A stretch of DNA of 64,000 nt from an uncultured Veillonellaceae bacterium (lineage in GTDB: Bacteria; Bacillota; Negativicutes; JARBTT01): assembly GCA_963805085.1 (NCBI GenBank), contig CAWDTA010000001.1, positions 160,001 to 224,000 on the forward strand. The letters run 5' to 3'. Under the pieces are notes generated by a model. That model searched no databases. It worked only from the letters and a program-made list of their open reading frames with translations, and was not told the origin of the DNA. Both the position numbers and the translations under genes were made by a program. Positions 32,730 through 42,012 of the stretch are shown here, one piece after another. Positions within the stretch are counted from its first letter, which is position 1; every line of letters starts with the position of its first letter.

Positions 32730-33553
32730 ATAGTATTCCGACAGTAGAATTTGCCGTGATTGGCGGTTCTGGTACGCTATCAAGCAACTTTCCTTTAGGG
32801 GTAGAAACTGGCGATGTAGAAGTATTAGAAGACAATTTAGTTTTTGAAACACCGTATGGGACAAGTCCTGCTTTTCGTCTATTCCGTGTAGGCGATAAAA
32901 AAGTTTTGAACTGTAAAATGCATGGCTGGCGCAGTGGCGTTAGCCGGGCAGACGCATCACGGCAAGTGTTTTGGGTATTTCGTGAAGCCGGGGTAAAACG
33001 CATTATCTCCGAAGGTGGCGTGGGATCAATTAATCCACTCCTCGACCCTAGAGATTTTGTTATTCCCGATGACTATCTTGATATGTCCGAACGAAAAGGC
33101 GTGGGTCTTGAAGGAAAATATTTGCTCATCATGCGTGATGCACTTTGTCATGAGATGCGTAAAAAGTTAATTGAGAAGACAAAAGAACATTTCGATGGTC
33201 GTGTATTTACACGTGGAACCTATGCCGTAACCGAAGGGCGTCATTTTGAAAGTCCAGCGGAGATTGCGATGCTGAAAGGGCATGCTGATATTGTGGGGCA
33301 AAGCATTTGTCCAGAAGTGTATCTTGCACGTGAAATCGGGGCATGTTATGCAGGTCTTTATTTTATTGTTAACTATGGTGAAGGCTTAGTGAAATCATGG
33401 TCTCATCAAGAGTTACAAGATATTTTTTATGATGATGCACCGATGATTAGTCGGATTATCTTAGATACAATTCGCAGTTTAGAACCAATGGGAACTTGTG
33501 AATGTAAAGATCTACGCAAAGAAACACTATTAAAAGGTATTTACAATAAGTAG
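32726..33553 (+). CDS. MTAP-family purine nucleoside phosphorylase
   Basis: [42 protein letters not shown]. Overlaps the mqnC stop codon. Confidence 0.85.
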   Translation: MNSIPTVEFAVIGGSGTLSSNFPLGVETGDVEVLEDNLVFETPYGTSPAFRLFRVGDKKVLNCKMHGWRSGVSRADASRQVFWVFREAGVKRIISEGGVGSINPLLDPRDFVIPDDYLDMSERKGVGLEGKYLLIMRDALCHEMRKKLIEKTKEHFDGRVFTRGTYAVTEGRHFESPAEIAMLKGHADIVGQSICPEVYLAREIGACYAGLYFIVNYGEGLVKSWSHQELQDIFYDDAPMISRIILDTIRSLEPMGTCECKDLRKETLLKGIYNK

Positions 33554-33603
33554 AATTTTGTGGTATATTGGCGACAATAGTTTTTAGAGGAGGAGTTATT
33601 GAG

Positions 33604-35145
33604 TTGAGTAGCAAGAATAATGAAATGGTATTAATTTTGGATTTTGGTGGTCAATATAATCAATTAATCGCTAGACGGGTAAGAGAGTGTGGCGTGTATT
33701 GTGAAATAGTTCCTTATGACTGCAGTATCGAAAGAATTAAATCAAAAAATCCAAAAGGTATCATCTTTACAGGTGGTCCTAATAGTGTTTATGGTGATGA
33801 TACACCAAAAGCTGATGCACAAGTATTCGAATTGGGTGTACCTGTACTTGGTATTTGTTATGGTCATCAATTTATGGCTCACACATTGGGCGGCAAAGTT
33901 GAAAATGCTGAAGTTGGTGAATACGGTAAAACAGCTGTTGAATTAGCAATGGACTGCAAACTATTTACTGATATAGAGATGAAAAACGAATGTTGGATGA
34001 GTCATATGGACCGTGTTTCGGCGGCTCCAACAGGCTTTAAAGTTGTTTCTACAACAAAAGAATGTCCAGTTGCAGGAATGATAAACGAAGATAAAAAATT
34101 GTATGGTGTACAATTCCATCCAGAAGTAGAACATACTCCTTTTGGTAAGACGATGCTAGCAAATTTTTTGTTTAAAATTTGTGAAGTACATGGTGATTGG
34201 AATATGGCATCTTTTGCCCAAACGAAAATCGCTGAAATTAAAGATTTTGTTGGCGATAAAAAAGTGCTTTGTGCGTTGTCTGGTGGGGTAGATTCTTCCG
34301 TTGCAGCTGTACTTGTACATAAAGCTATAGGCAAACAATTAACCTGCGTATTCGTTGATCATGGCTTACTTAGAAAAGATGAGGGTGATCAGGTAGAAGA
34401 GATTTTCAGAAAACAATTTGATATGAATTTAATTCGTGTCAATGCAGAAGATCGTTTCCTAGGCAAACTTGCTGGTGTTTCTGATCCAGAAAGAAAACGT
34501 AAAATTATTGGCGAAGAATTCATTCGTGTGTTTGAAGAAGAATCTAATAAATTAGGCGAAATCGATTTCTTGGTACAAGGAACGATTTATCCAGACGTTG
34601 TCGAAAGTGGCACGAAAACTTCCGCAACGATTAAGAGTCACCATAATGTAGGTGGATTGCCAGAAGATATGAACCTTACCTTGATTGAACCACTACGCGA
34701 ATTATTTAAAGATGAAGTACGTGCTGTTGGTGAAGAACTCGGTATTCCTCATCATTTAGTATGGCGTCAACCTTTCCCGGGGCCAGGCCTTGCCATTCGT
34801 GTACTTGGTGAAATCACCGAAGAAAAATTGTTGATCACTCGCGAAGCCGATGCGATCTTTAGAGATGAAATTGCAAAAGCTGACCTTGAAGGTAAGATAT
34901 GGCAATACTTCGCCTGCTTACCTAATATTCGTTCCGTTGGTGTAATGGGAGACGAAAGAACCTATTGTCACACAGTAGCACTTCGCGCTGTTACTAGCTC
35001 CGATGGAATGACTTCTGATTGGGCACATATCCCTTATGAAGTATTAGATAAGGTTTCCCGTCGTATTGTAAACGAAGTAAAAGGTGTTAATCGTATCGTT
35101 TACGATGTAACATCAAAACCACCATCCACAATTGAGTGGGAATAA
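33604..35145 (+). CDS. guaA: GMP synthase (glutamine-hydrolysing)
   Basis: [55 protein letters not shown]. Confidence 0.97.
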   Translation: MSSKNNEMVLILDFGGQYNQLIARRVRECGVYCEIVPYDCSIERIKSKNPKGIIFTGGPNSVYGDDTPKADAQVFELGVPVLGICYGHQFMAHTLGGKVENAEVGEYGKTAVELAMDCKLFTDIEMKNECWMSHMDRVSAAPTGFKVVSTTKECPVAGMINEDKKLYGVQFHPEVEHTPFGKTMLANFLFKICEVHGDWNMASFAQTKIAEIKDFVGDKKVLCALSGGVDSSVAAVLVHKAIGKQLTCVFVDHGLLRKDEGDQVEEIFRKQFDMNLIRVNAEDRFLGKLAGVSDPERKRKIIGEEFIRVFEEESNKLGEIDFLVQGTIYPDVVESGTKTSATIKSHHNVGGLPEDMNLTLIEPLRELFKDEVRAVGEELGIPHHLVWRQPFPGPGLAIRVLGEITEEKLLITREADAIFRDEIAKADLEGKIWQYFACLPNIRSVGVMGDERTYCHTVALRAVTSSDGMTSDWAHIPYEVLDKVSRRIVNEVKGVNRIVYDVTSKPPSTIEWE

Positions 35146-35150
35146 GATAA

Positions 35151-35198
35151 ACAAGACCGTGAGTCCTTTATGGATAAGGGATCACGGTCTTGTCTTTT
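35151..35198 (+). terminator. Terminator after guaA
   Basis: ACAAGACCGTGA...TCACGGTCTTGT followed by T residues. Confidence 0.75.
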
Positions 35199-35285
35199 GC
35201 AAAATGTACTTGTATATATGTTCTTTACGTGATTTTTTTCTTGTGCTACAGTTACTATAGATGGTTTTAGGAAAGTAGGTGAATT

Positions 35286-35942
35286 ATGAAAAAAATTCGT
35301 ATCATAATTGCAGATGATCATGCCGTACTACGATCCGGGTTAAAAGCGTTATTACATTGTTATTCGCAATTTGAAGTTATCGGTGAAGCTGGAACTGGGC
35401 TTGAAGCCGTTAATCTGGTTAGCAAACAGCAGCCGGACGTACTGATTTTGGATTTGTCAATGCCGGATATGAGCGGTGTTGACTGTATCAAGGAGATCCG
35501 TTCCCGAAGAGTGGCATGTCCGATTTTGGTTTTAACGATGTACGATGATGAAGAGTTTATTAAGGAAGTCATGCGTTCCGGTGCAAATGGATATGTGTTG
35601 AAGCGTTCTGCAGATACAGAGTTGATGGAAGCTATTAAACGTATTTCTGAGGGAAAAAATTATTTGAATGAAAGTATCTCGCAGACGCTTATTGACACAC
35701 TGTTGCGGACGACAAATGAAAAGTGTGATTCTGATGATCCTTATAAAATGCTAAGTGGACGCGAGCGAGAAGTTCTGCGTTACCTAGCACAGGGGTATAC
35801 CAATACGGAAATTGCGGAAAAACTTTTCATAAGTCCTAAAACCGTGGATACTTACCGCTCAAGAATTATGAAAAAATTACATGTTAGTAAAAAATCGGAG
35901 TTGGTAAATTACGCGATTAGGCATAAAATGATGGGAGCATAA
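35286..35942 (+). CDS. NarL/FixJ-family response regulator (NreC-like)
   Basis: IADDHAVLRSGL, LDLSMP, GYVLK. LuxR HTH LSGREREVL..LAQG.TN.EIA.KL.ISPKTVDTYRSRIM.KL. Confidence 0.93.
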   Translation: MKKIRIIIADDHAVLRSGLKALLHCYSQFEVIGEAGTGLEAVNLVSKQQPDVLILDLSMPDMSGVDCIKEIRSRRVACPILVLTMYDDEEFIKEVMRSGANGYVLKRSADTELMEAIKRISEGKNYLNESISQTLIDTLLRTTNEKCDSDDPYKMLSGREREVLRYLAQGYTNTEIAEKLFISPKTVDTYRSRIMKKLHVSKKSELVNYAIRHKMMGA

Positions 35943-35965
35943 ATACTTTACAGGGTGTAGAAAAA

Positions 35966-35999
35966 AGGGCTTCTGTTGTTATCCGCAGCAGAAGCCCTT
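35966..35999 (+). terminator. Hairpin after the response regulator
   Basis: AGGGCTTCTGTTG / CAGCAGAAGCCCT. Confidence 0.65.
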
Positions 36000-36047
36000 A
36001 TCGTCTTTTACTCGCCAATTTTTAAGCTTTTTAGATGATTTTTAGGC

Positions 36048-36103
36048 AAAAGATCTTCAAGTGTTATGAACTTGATCTAGTTTATAACACTTGAAGATCT
36101 TTT
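36048..36103. repeat. 25-bp inverted repeat
   Basis: AAAAGATCTTCAAGTGTTATGAACT-N6-AGTTTATAACACTTGAAGATCTTTT with one G-T wobble. Confidence 0.8.
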
Positions 36104-36170
36104 TTATTCTCATCTATAAAATTTATACCATATATGGGAACTTATACGCTTTGCAGGTTCGTCGATAGTC

Positions 36171-36212
36171 TGTAAGGAGTTATCCTACAGTAATATAGGA
36201 TAACTCCTTACA
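36171..36212. promoter_or_regulatory. Paired NarL-type operator candidates upstream of the glcD-like gene
   Basis: Perfect 17-bp inverted repeat TGTAAGGAGTTATCCTA-N8-TAGGATAACTCCTTACA. Each arm is itself a quasi-palindrome (AGG...CCT). Confidence 0.6.
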
Positions 36213-36297
36213 CTTTTTTACAGGGTCTACCTGATTTTTTAGTTTGCAAATTAGTGGTAAAATATAGGAAATAAATTTTATATAAGGAGCATAAATT

Positions 36298-37680
36298 ATG
36301 CAAACATTATATATGGAAAAGTTCAAGAAAATTGTTGGAGAGGAGAATGTCCTTACTGCACATGAAGAATTATATTGTTACTCCTATGATGCTACTCCTG
36401 GATACTCGCACTTGCCAGAGGCTATTGTAATCCCGGAAAATGTTAAACAAGTATCTGATATATTGAAGACAGCTAATCAGCATAAAATTCCTGTTTATCC
36501 GAGGGGAGCAGGGACTAATCTGAGTGCTGGCTGTGTACCGCTAAAAGGCGGAATCGTGCTGCTGATGGCCCGCTTTAACCACATTAGTGATGTTGACTTG
36601 GAAAATCTGGTGGTGATAGCAGAGCCGGGTGTGATTGTAGGGGATATAAATGGTATGGTAACCAGGCATGGATTGATTTATCCGCCTGATCCGGGCACGG
36701 TGGCTACAGCTACACTTGGTGGTACGATTGCAGAAAATGCCGGTGGTCTGCGGGGCTTGAAATACGGGGTTTCCAAACATTATGTTATGGGGCTAGAAGT
36801 TGTACTGGCTAATGGGGATATCTTGCATACTGGAGGAAAAAATGTTAAAGATGTTTCTGGCTATGATCTTACAAAATTGTTTACTGGTTCGGAAGGTACG
36901 CTAGGAGTTATTACTCAAGCCACTTTAAAATTAGTACCGGCACCAGAAAGTAAAAAAAGTATCATGGCAGTATTTAAAAATTTAGATTATGCCGGCAAAG
37001 CAGTGGCAGGAATTATTGCCGCTAAAATTATTCCTGCTACATTGGAAATTATGGATAATGCTACGATATGTACCGTAGAAGATTATGCTCATGTTGGGTT
37101 ACCTCTTGACGCCGAGGCGGTGTTGTTAATTGAAGTGGACGGCATAGCTGAAGTGGTGGAAAAAGAAGCAGACAAAGTTTTGAGTGTACTAAAAAAGAAT
37201 CAAGCCGATGATATTCAAGTGGCTAAAAATGACGCAGAAAGAGATAGGCTATGGGCAGCGCGCCGAGCAGCTCTACCTGCACTAGCAAAATTGCGCCCAA
37301 CTACTTATGTGGAAGACGCGACTGTGCCTAGAAGCAAGGTGCCTGACTTTTTGCGCGCTGTTAGTAGGATATCAAAAGAATTTAATGTAACAATCGGTAC
37401 TTTTGGTCATGCCGGGGACGGCAATATGCACCCCACAATTGTTTGTGATATTCGTGATCCGCAGGAAATGGACTTGGTTAAAAAGGCGATGAATGAAATG
37501 TTTTTGTCAGCTATTAAACTAGGCGGTACGTTAAGTGGTGAACATGGAATCGGTTTGGGAAAATTGCCATGGATGGAGCAGCAGCATGGCAGTAAGACTA
37601 TGGAAGCCATGAAAGCTATCAAAAGGGCAATGGACCCCAATCTTATTTTGAATCCTGGTAAATTAGTAGGTGAGTGTTAA
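36298..37680 (+). CDS. glcD: FAD-linked 2-hydroxyacid dehydrogenase, GlcD/LctD family
   Basis: YSYDAT, PRGAGTNLS, YPPDPG, ENAGG.RG.KYG, GSEGTLG, GHAGDGNMHP, LSGEHGIG, ILNPGK. Confidence 0.85.
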   Translation: MQTLYMEKFKKIVGEENVLTAHEELYCYSYDATPGYSHLPEAIVIPENVKQVSDILKTANQHKIPVYPRGAGTNLSAGCVPLKGGIVLLMARFNHISDVDLENLVVIAEPGVIVGDINGMVTRHGLIYPPDPGTVATATLGGTIAENAGGLRGLKYGVSKHYVMGLEVVLANGDILHTGGKNVKDVSGYDLTKLFTGSEGTLGVITQATLKLVPAPESKKSIMAVFKNLDYAGKAVAGIIAAKIIPATLEIMDNATICTVEDYAHVGLPLDAEAVLLIEVDGIAEVVEKEADKVLSVLKKNQADDIQVAKNDAERDRLWAARRAALPALAKLRPTTYVEDATVPRSKVPDFLRAVSRISKEFNVTIGTFGHAGDGNMHPTIVCDIRDPQEMDLVKKAMNEMFLSAIKLGGTLSGEHGIGLGKLPWMEQQHGSKTMEAMKAIKRAMDPNLILNPGKLVGEC

Positions 37681-37681
37681 C

Positions 37682-38995
37682 ATGAACTACATCGTAGCAA
37701 AAGATATACAAAATAAGGATCAGCAGCTGCTTAGTGATATACGTGATGCGTTGGCAAATTGTATGAAATGTGGAAATTGTATGGCTGTGTGTCCAATTTA
37801 TAAAGAAACCAGAAACGAAATATCTGTAGCCAGAGGGAAATTAGCACTCATGGAAGGCATACTGAGCGGTAAGAATGAAATTTCTGCAGGCTTTGACAAT
37901 GCTTTGGCAAAATGTTTATGTTGTAAGGCGTGTGCGTTTAACTGTCCATGTGGAGTGAAGGCTGACGAACTGATTATCCGTGGACGTCAAGCTGTGGTGC
38001 AGGCGCGCGGTCTTCATCCTGTAAAAAAAGCTGTATTCAAGCTGTTATCAAACCGTAAGCTGTTCGATGTTGCATTAAGAGCAGCTGGTCTATTTGGTCC
38101 TTTAAGTTTTAAGCGGCTTCCTGGGAAAATGGCTGCTGTAGCCAGATTTCCTATGCCTGGTATTGACAAAAAAAGAATTACAGCGCCTTTTGCCGCAATT
38201 CCCTTGCGGAGTCGTTATCCGGAGGTGGTAAAGGCCGCTAATGCCAAGTGTAAAGTGGGCTTTTTTACCGGATGTATGATTAATTATATGTATACAGATG
38301 TCGGCGATGCAGTGATTCATGTGTTAAAGCACAATGATATCGAGGTTGTGATACCGCCTGCGCAGCATTGTTGCGGTACTCCGGTATATGTTTCGGGAGA
38401 TAAAGAGGTGGCAAAGAGTTTTGCAAAACATATTATCAATGTCTTTGCAAGTTATGATTTTGATTATGTCATAGCAGCGTGCGGGTCTTGCGCAGAAGCT
38501 TTAAAAATAGAATATCCTCACATGTTTCAAGATGATCCGGTAATGTATAAACAGGCAGAAAAATTGGCGAAAAAGACTTACGAAATCGGCGAATTTTTAG
38601 TTGATGTTGTTCCGTTTCGTCGAGATCATTTGGGGCAGGTTTTGAAAACAGTTACCATGCATGATCCATGCCATATGGCCCGGGGGATTAAGGTTACAAA
38701 ACAGCCGCGGGAAATACTACAGGCTATTCCAGGGCTTACATTTGTAGAAATGAAAGAGGCTGACCGCTGTTGCGGATCAGGCGGTTCGTTTAGCGTGACA
38801 AACTATCCGCTGTCACGTAAAATTAATGATAGAAAGATAAAAAATATTAAAGAGTCTTCGGCACAAGTGGTGGCCACGAGCTGTGGTACCTGTCGGATGC
38901 ATCTGACTGACGGATTAGAGCAAAACAAAGTTGAGGCAGAGGTTGTACATGTCATTCAGCTTTTGGAACAATCTTATCGTGCAGGACAAGTTTAA
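37682..38995 (+). CDS. glcF: Iron-sulfur subunit GlcF-like (2x[4Fe-4S] plus CCG domains)
   Basis: CMKCGNCMAVCP, CLCCKAC...CP, FTGC, CCG, HDPCH, CCGSGG. Confidence 0.85.
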   Translation: MNYIVAKDIQNKDQQLLSDIRDALANCMKCGNCMAVCPIYKETRNEISVARGKLALMEGILSGKNEISAGFDNALAKCLCCKACAFNCPCGVKADELIIRGRQAVVQARGLHPVKKAVFKLLSNRKLFDVALRAAGLFGPLSFKRLPGKMAAVARFPMPGIDKKRITAPFAAIPLRSRYPEVVKAANAKCKVGFFTGCMINYMYTDVGDAVIHVLKHNDIEVVIPPAQHCCGTPVYVSGDKEVAKSFAKHIINVFASYDFDYVIAACGSCAEALKIEYPHMFQDDPVMYKQAEKLAKKTYEIGEFLVDVVPFRRDHLGQVLKTVTMHDPCHMARGIKVTKQPREILQAIPGLTFVEMKEADRCCGSGGSFSVTNYPLSRKINDRKIKNIKESSAQVVATSCGTCRMHLTDGLEQNKVEAEVVHVIQLLEQSYRAGQV

Positions 38996-39024
38996 ATACT
39001 TTGGTTACTTGGTAAAACAGCCGT

Positions 39025-40101
39025 TTATGGCGTAGGTGTTCTAGTTTTAATTGGAACTTCTATTTTGAGGCATGTTCCCAGACCGATAGTGGAATCAATG
39101 GAAAATTCCCCATTTACTCCGGCAATTCGTTCTTTCATTCCATATAGGCCCAGACAAGCATGTTTACGATGTTTATGAATTTTTTTGTTATGGAAGCCGA
39201 TGCCATTATCGGCAACAGTAAACAATAGCATGGATTTTTTTATTGACAAGTTTATCTGAACTTCAGTTGCCTGCGCATGCTTAATAATATTGGTTAGTGC
39301 CTCCTGTAAAATACGATAGAGGCTGATTTCTAATTCGGGAGAAAAACGTTGCCGGGACAAATCGGGAGCAATTTCCGCGGTGACTTTGATCTTATATTTT
39401 TGTGCATAGTCTTCGATATATTTTTTGGTTGCGCTGACTAAGCCGAGATCATCAAGTACTACGGGGCGAAGTTGTACTGCCAATTGATGGACAGCTTCGA
39501 GTGTATTGGCTGCTAAATCGCGCATTTGCAATAATTTATTTTTTTCTTCAGCATGTGCCGTTTTAGCCAGTACTCTAAGACCAAAAATGATAGATGTCAG
39601 TGCTTGGCTTGTTTCATCATGAAGCTCACGGGAAATTTTCCGTCGTTCTTCTTCTTGAATATTAATAATTTTTTTTACATAGTGCTGGTGGAGCGTCTGT
39701 TTATCCTGTAGTGCTTTAACCAGCTTTTCCTGACGGACGTTTGCGTTGAGCGCGGCTTCAACAAAATGGGCAGCTAAACGGGCGTAAGAAGCAGCTTCTT
39801 CAGACTTTCCAGTAATGCCAATCAAGCCAACACATTCATTTTCAAGCCAAATTGGGACGTTAAATCCTGTGCGTACGCCGAAAAAATGCTGTTGATCATC
39901 TTCTGTGACCGAAAACTCATGAGTTTTTCCGGAGCGCAGCATTTGAGTACCCACTTCATGACGTTGGCCAATTCGTTCTTTGCTGAGAGAAGCAATGATG
40001 ACACCGTGTTTGTCGACAATATTGACATTTTTATTTAATTCTGCGGCAATAATATCTACAAGAGATTGTGCAAATTTAGGATCTAGGCTTTGGCTGTTCA
40101 T
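39025..40101 (-). CDS. Soluble HisKA_3 histidine kinase with an N-terminal CdaR-type sugar-diacid recognition domain
   Basis: N-terminus LDPKFAQSLVD......NVNIVD..GVIIAS....RIGQRHE.G...G.NVPI.....VG.IGITG (CdaR/SdaR-like). C-terminus ISRELHDE, YRILQEALTN..KHA, DNGIGF, GLYGMKER. Confidence 0.85.
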   Translation of the reverse strand: MNSQSLDPKFAQSLVDIIAAELNKNVNIVDKHGVIIASLSKERIGQRHEVGTQMLRSGKTHEFSVTEDDQQHFFGVRTGFNVPIWLENECVGLIGITGKSEEAASYARLAAHFVEAALNANVRQEKLVKALQDKQTLHQHYVKKIINIQEEERRKISRELHDETSQALTSIIFGLRVLAKTAHAEEKNKLLQMRDLAANTLEAVHQLAVQLRPVVLDDLGLVSATKKYIEDYAQKYKIKVTAEIAPDLSRQRFSPELEISLYRILQEALTNIIKHAQATEVQINLSIKKSMLLFTVADNGIGFHNKKIHKHRKHACLGLYGMKERIAGVNGEFSIDSTIGLGTCLKIEVPIKTRTPTP

Positions 40102-40220
40102 AGTAGTGTTATTCCTCCTTTATGTTCAAAAAGTAACTGATACTATTTTACGACAAATAATCTGCCAGTTAAAGAGTAAACCATATGATATTCTTGATCA
40201 TTCAATATTTACAGGCTTTG

Positions 40221-40264
40221 AATAAGTAAAGGACTGAGGATAAATCCCCGGTCCTTTACTTATT
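40221..40264. terminator. Strong hairpin (terminator or insulator)
   Basis: AATAAGTAAAGGACTGAGGAT / ATCCCCGGTCCTTTACTTATT. Confidence 0.65.
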
Positions 40265-40351
40265 GGTATATTTTGTTATAATATTTTTATAGGTGCTACC
40301 ATAAAACGGTAGGCGGTCAATTTTGCCCCCAAAAGGGGGTGAAGCCCATGC

Positions 40352-40417
40352 ATGAATGAGACGAATGTAACTTTATTGTTTTTCGTTATTCTTGTGGTAT
40401 TTTTACAAAAAAAGTAA
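40352..40417 (+). CDS. Candidate type I toxin peptide (21 aa, one TM helix plus KK tail)
   Basis: MNETNVTLLFFVILVVFLQKK*. SD GGGGGTGA is sequestered in a GCCCCC-AAAA-GGGGGT hairpin. Extended -10 TGTTATAAT at 40274-40282. Confidence 0.6.
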   Translation: MNETNVTLLFFVILVVFLQKK

Positions 40418-40500
40418 ACCGCCCGAAGCGTCCAAACTAAGGCGGTAAACTTTTACTTATCTATTTTGGGGCTGACCGCTTATCGGTAGCACCTTTTTTA
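40407..40500 (-). ncRNA. Candidate cis-antisense antitoxin RNA
   Basis: Minus-strand TTGATA-N17-TATAAT promoter (40536-40508) pointing into the 3' end of the peptide transcript. ACCGCC/GGCGGT hairpin next to an A-run could terminate it. Ends approximate. Confidence 0.5.
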
Positions 40501-40569
40501 TGTCTTTATTATAACCATAATTTTATAAAATATCAATGAAAATATACGATAAATGAAAAGTGAAAAAGT

Positions 40570-40619
40570 TTTATTTGGCGAACAGATTATTGAGCATCCT
40601 AAAGGGGTGCTTTTTTATT
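40570..40619 (+). repeat. Imperfect direct repeat, left copy
   Basis: TTTATTTGGCGAACAGATTATTGAGCATCCTAAAGGGGTGCTTTTTTATT. The first 18 bp are identical to 57950-57967. Confidence 0.85.
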
Positions 40620-40819
40620 TTGACTTTTATTTACAACTAGTCTCAATATATATTTGTTTAAAATAGATAAATAAAGGCCGACAAATTATCCTGTAGGGAT
40701 GATGAAAAAAAGGGGAAAGGGAAGTACAATAAAAGAGAAATGTAGTGAAAAATAAGTACAATAGAGAAAATCATCTGAAAATTTAGAAGGTAGTAAAATA
40801 AAAAGGAGTGTTATTTATT

Positions 40820-41899
40820 ATGAGTAGCCAGGAAATGGTGTTACTAAACAAGGACGAATTGCATCAGTTGATTAAGGATAAAGTGATGAGGGCTGGTTTG
40901 CCTGAGGAGCATGCGGAGGAGCTTGCGAATCATTTGAGCTATGCAGATAGCAGGGGCGTACATTCTCATGGTGCTGTGCGTGTGGAATATTATTCGGAAC
41001 GGATTGCTAAGGGGGGGAGCAATGTAAAGCCTAATTTATCCTTTAGAAAGACAGGCCCGTGTACAGGTATTTACGAAGGGGATAACGCAATCGGGATGCT
41101 TGTGGCAAGAAACGGTATGCGTGAAGCAATCAAGATGGCGAAGGAAAATGGAATCGGTTTTGTCGGTATGCGTGAGTTGGGGCATTGTGGAACACTTTCC
41201 TATTTCCTCAGAATGGCTGCCGAAGAAAATATGATTGCTATGTCCATGTGTCAATCTGATCCTATGGTTGTACCATATGGCTCCGCTGAACCTTACTTTG
41301 GAACGAATCCTATCGGTTTTGCATTTCCGTGTGCAGGTCACTCACCAATTATCTTTGATATGGCGACTACGGTTGGCGCTTGGGGAAAAATTTTGGATGC
41401 CAGAGCGAAAAATAAGCCTATTCCTGAGACTTGGGCGGTAGATAAGGAAGGACATCCTACTGTAGATCCATTTGCCGTTGCTGGTCTAGTGGCTATTGCA
41501 GGCCCTAAGGGATATGGTTTGATGATGATGGTCGATATTTTATGCGGCTCTTTGTTAGGTGTTCCATTTGGGAAAAGTGTAAGTTCGATGTATGCTGATC
41601 TTTCTGCCGGACGTGAGTTAGGACAGGTTCATTTAGTTATAAATCCAGATTATTTTTCATCTATTGATCAATTTAAAAATAACGTACGTAAAATGGTCGA
41701 TGAACTCCATGCACTTCGTCCAGCTGCGGGTTTTGATCAAGTGATCGTTCCAGGCGAATCTTCCGACAAGAAGGCGAAAGAATATGAACGCAAAGGAATT
41801 CCGATTGTAAAAGAAATCTATGATTATCTTGTCAGTGATGACATCCATTACAACCGCTATGACGGGAAAAGCGCTTTTGCTTCTGATTCATTAGATTAA
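40820..41899 (+). CDS. allD: Ureidoglycolate dehydrogenase (Ldh_2 family)
   Basis: ADSRGVHSHGAVRVEYYSERIAKGG, CQSDPMVVPYG..E.YFGTNP, FDMATTV.AWGKILDAR, GPKGYGL. Confidence 0.9.
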   Translation: MSSQEMVLLNKDELHQLIKDKVMRAGLPEEHAEELANHLSYADSRGVHSHGAVRVEYYSERIAKGGSNVKPNLSFRKTGPCTGIYEGDNAIGMLVARNGMREAIKMAKENGIGFVGMRELGHCGTLSYFLRMAAEENMIAMSMCQSDPMVVPYGSAEPYFGTNPIGFAFPCAGHSPIIFDMATTVGAWGKILDARAKNKPIPETWAVDKEGHPTVDPFAVAGLVAIAGPKGYGLMMMVDILCGSLLGVPFGKSVSSMYADLSAGRELGQVHLVINPDYFSSIDQFKNNVRKMVDELHALRPAAGFDQVIVPGESSDKKAKEYERKGIPIVKEIYDYLVSDDIHYNRYDGKSAFASDSLD

Positions 41900-41913
41900 A
41901 AAAACAGTAATAA

Positions 41914-41950
41914 GCAAAAGGGTCTCAACAGGTATTGAGACCCTTTCGTT
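41914..41950 (+). terminator. Terminator after allD
   Basis: AAAGGGTCTCAA / TTGAGACCCTTT. Confidence 0.75.
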
Positions 41951-42012
41951 TATTACTTAGACTATGGAACAACTATATATTGAAAAATAACTTGAGGGAA
42001 AGGGCGGAAAAT

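Noticed and set aside
40722-40768. Duplicated AAGTACAATA upstream of allD as a PucR site
   Set aside because: Not found upstream of fdrA or pucG. It may just be tandem -10-like (TACAAT) elements.
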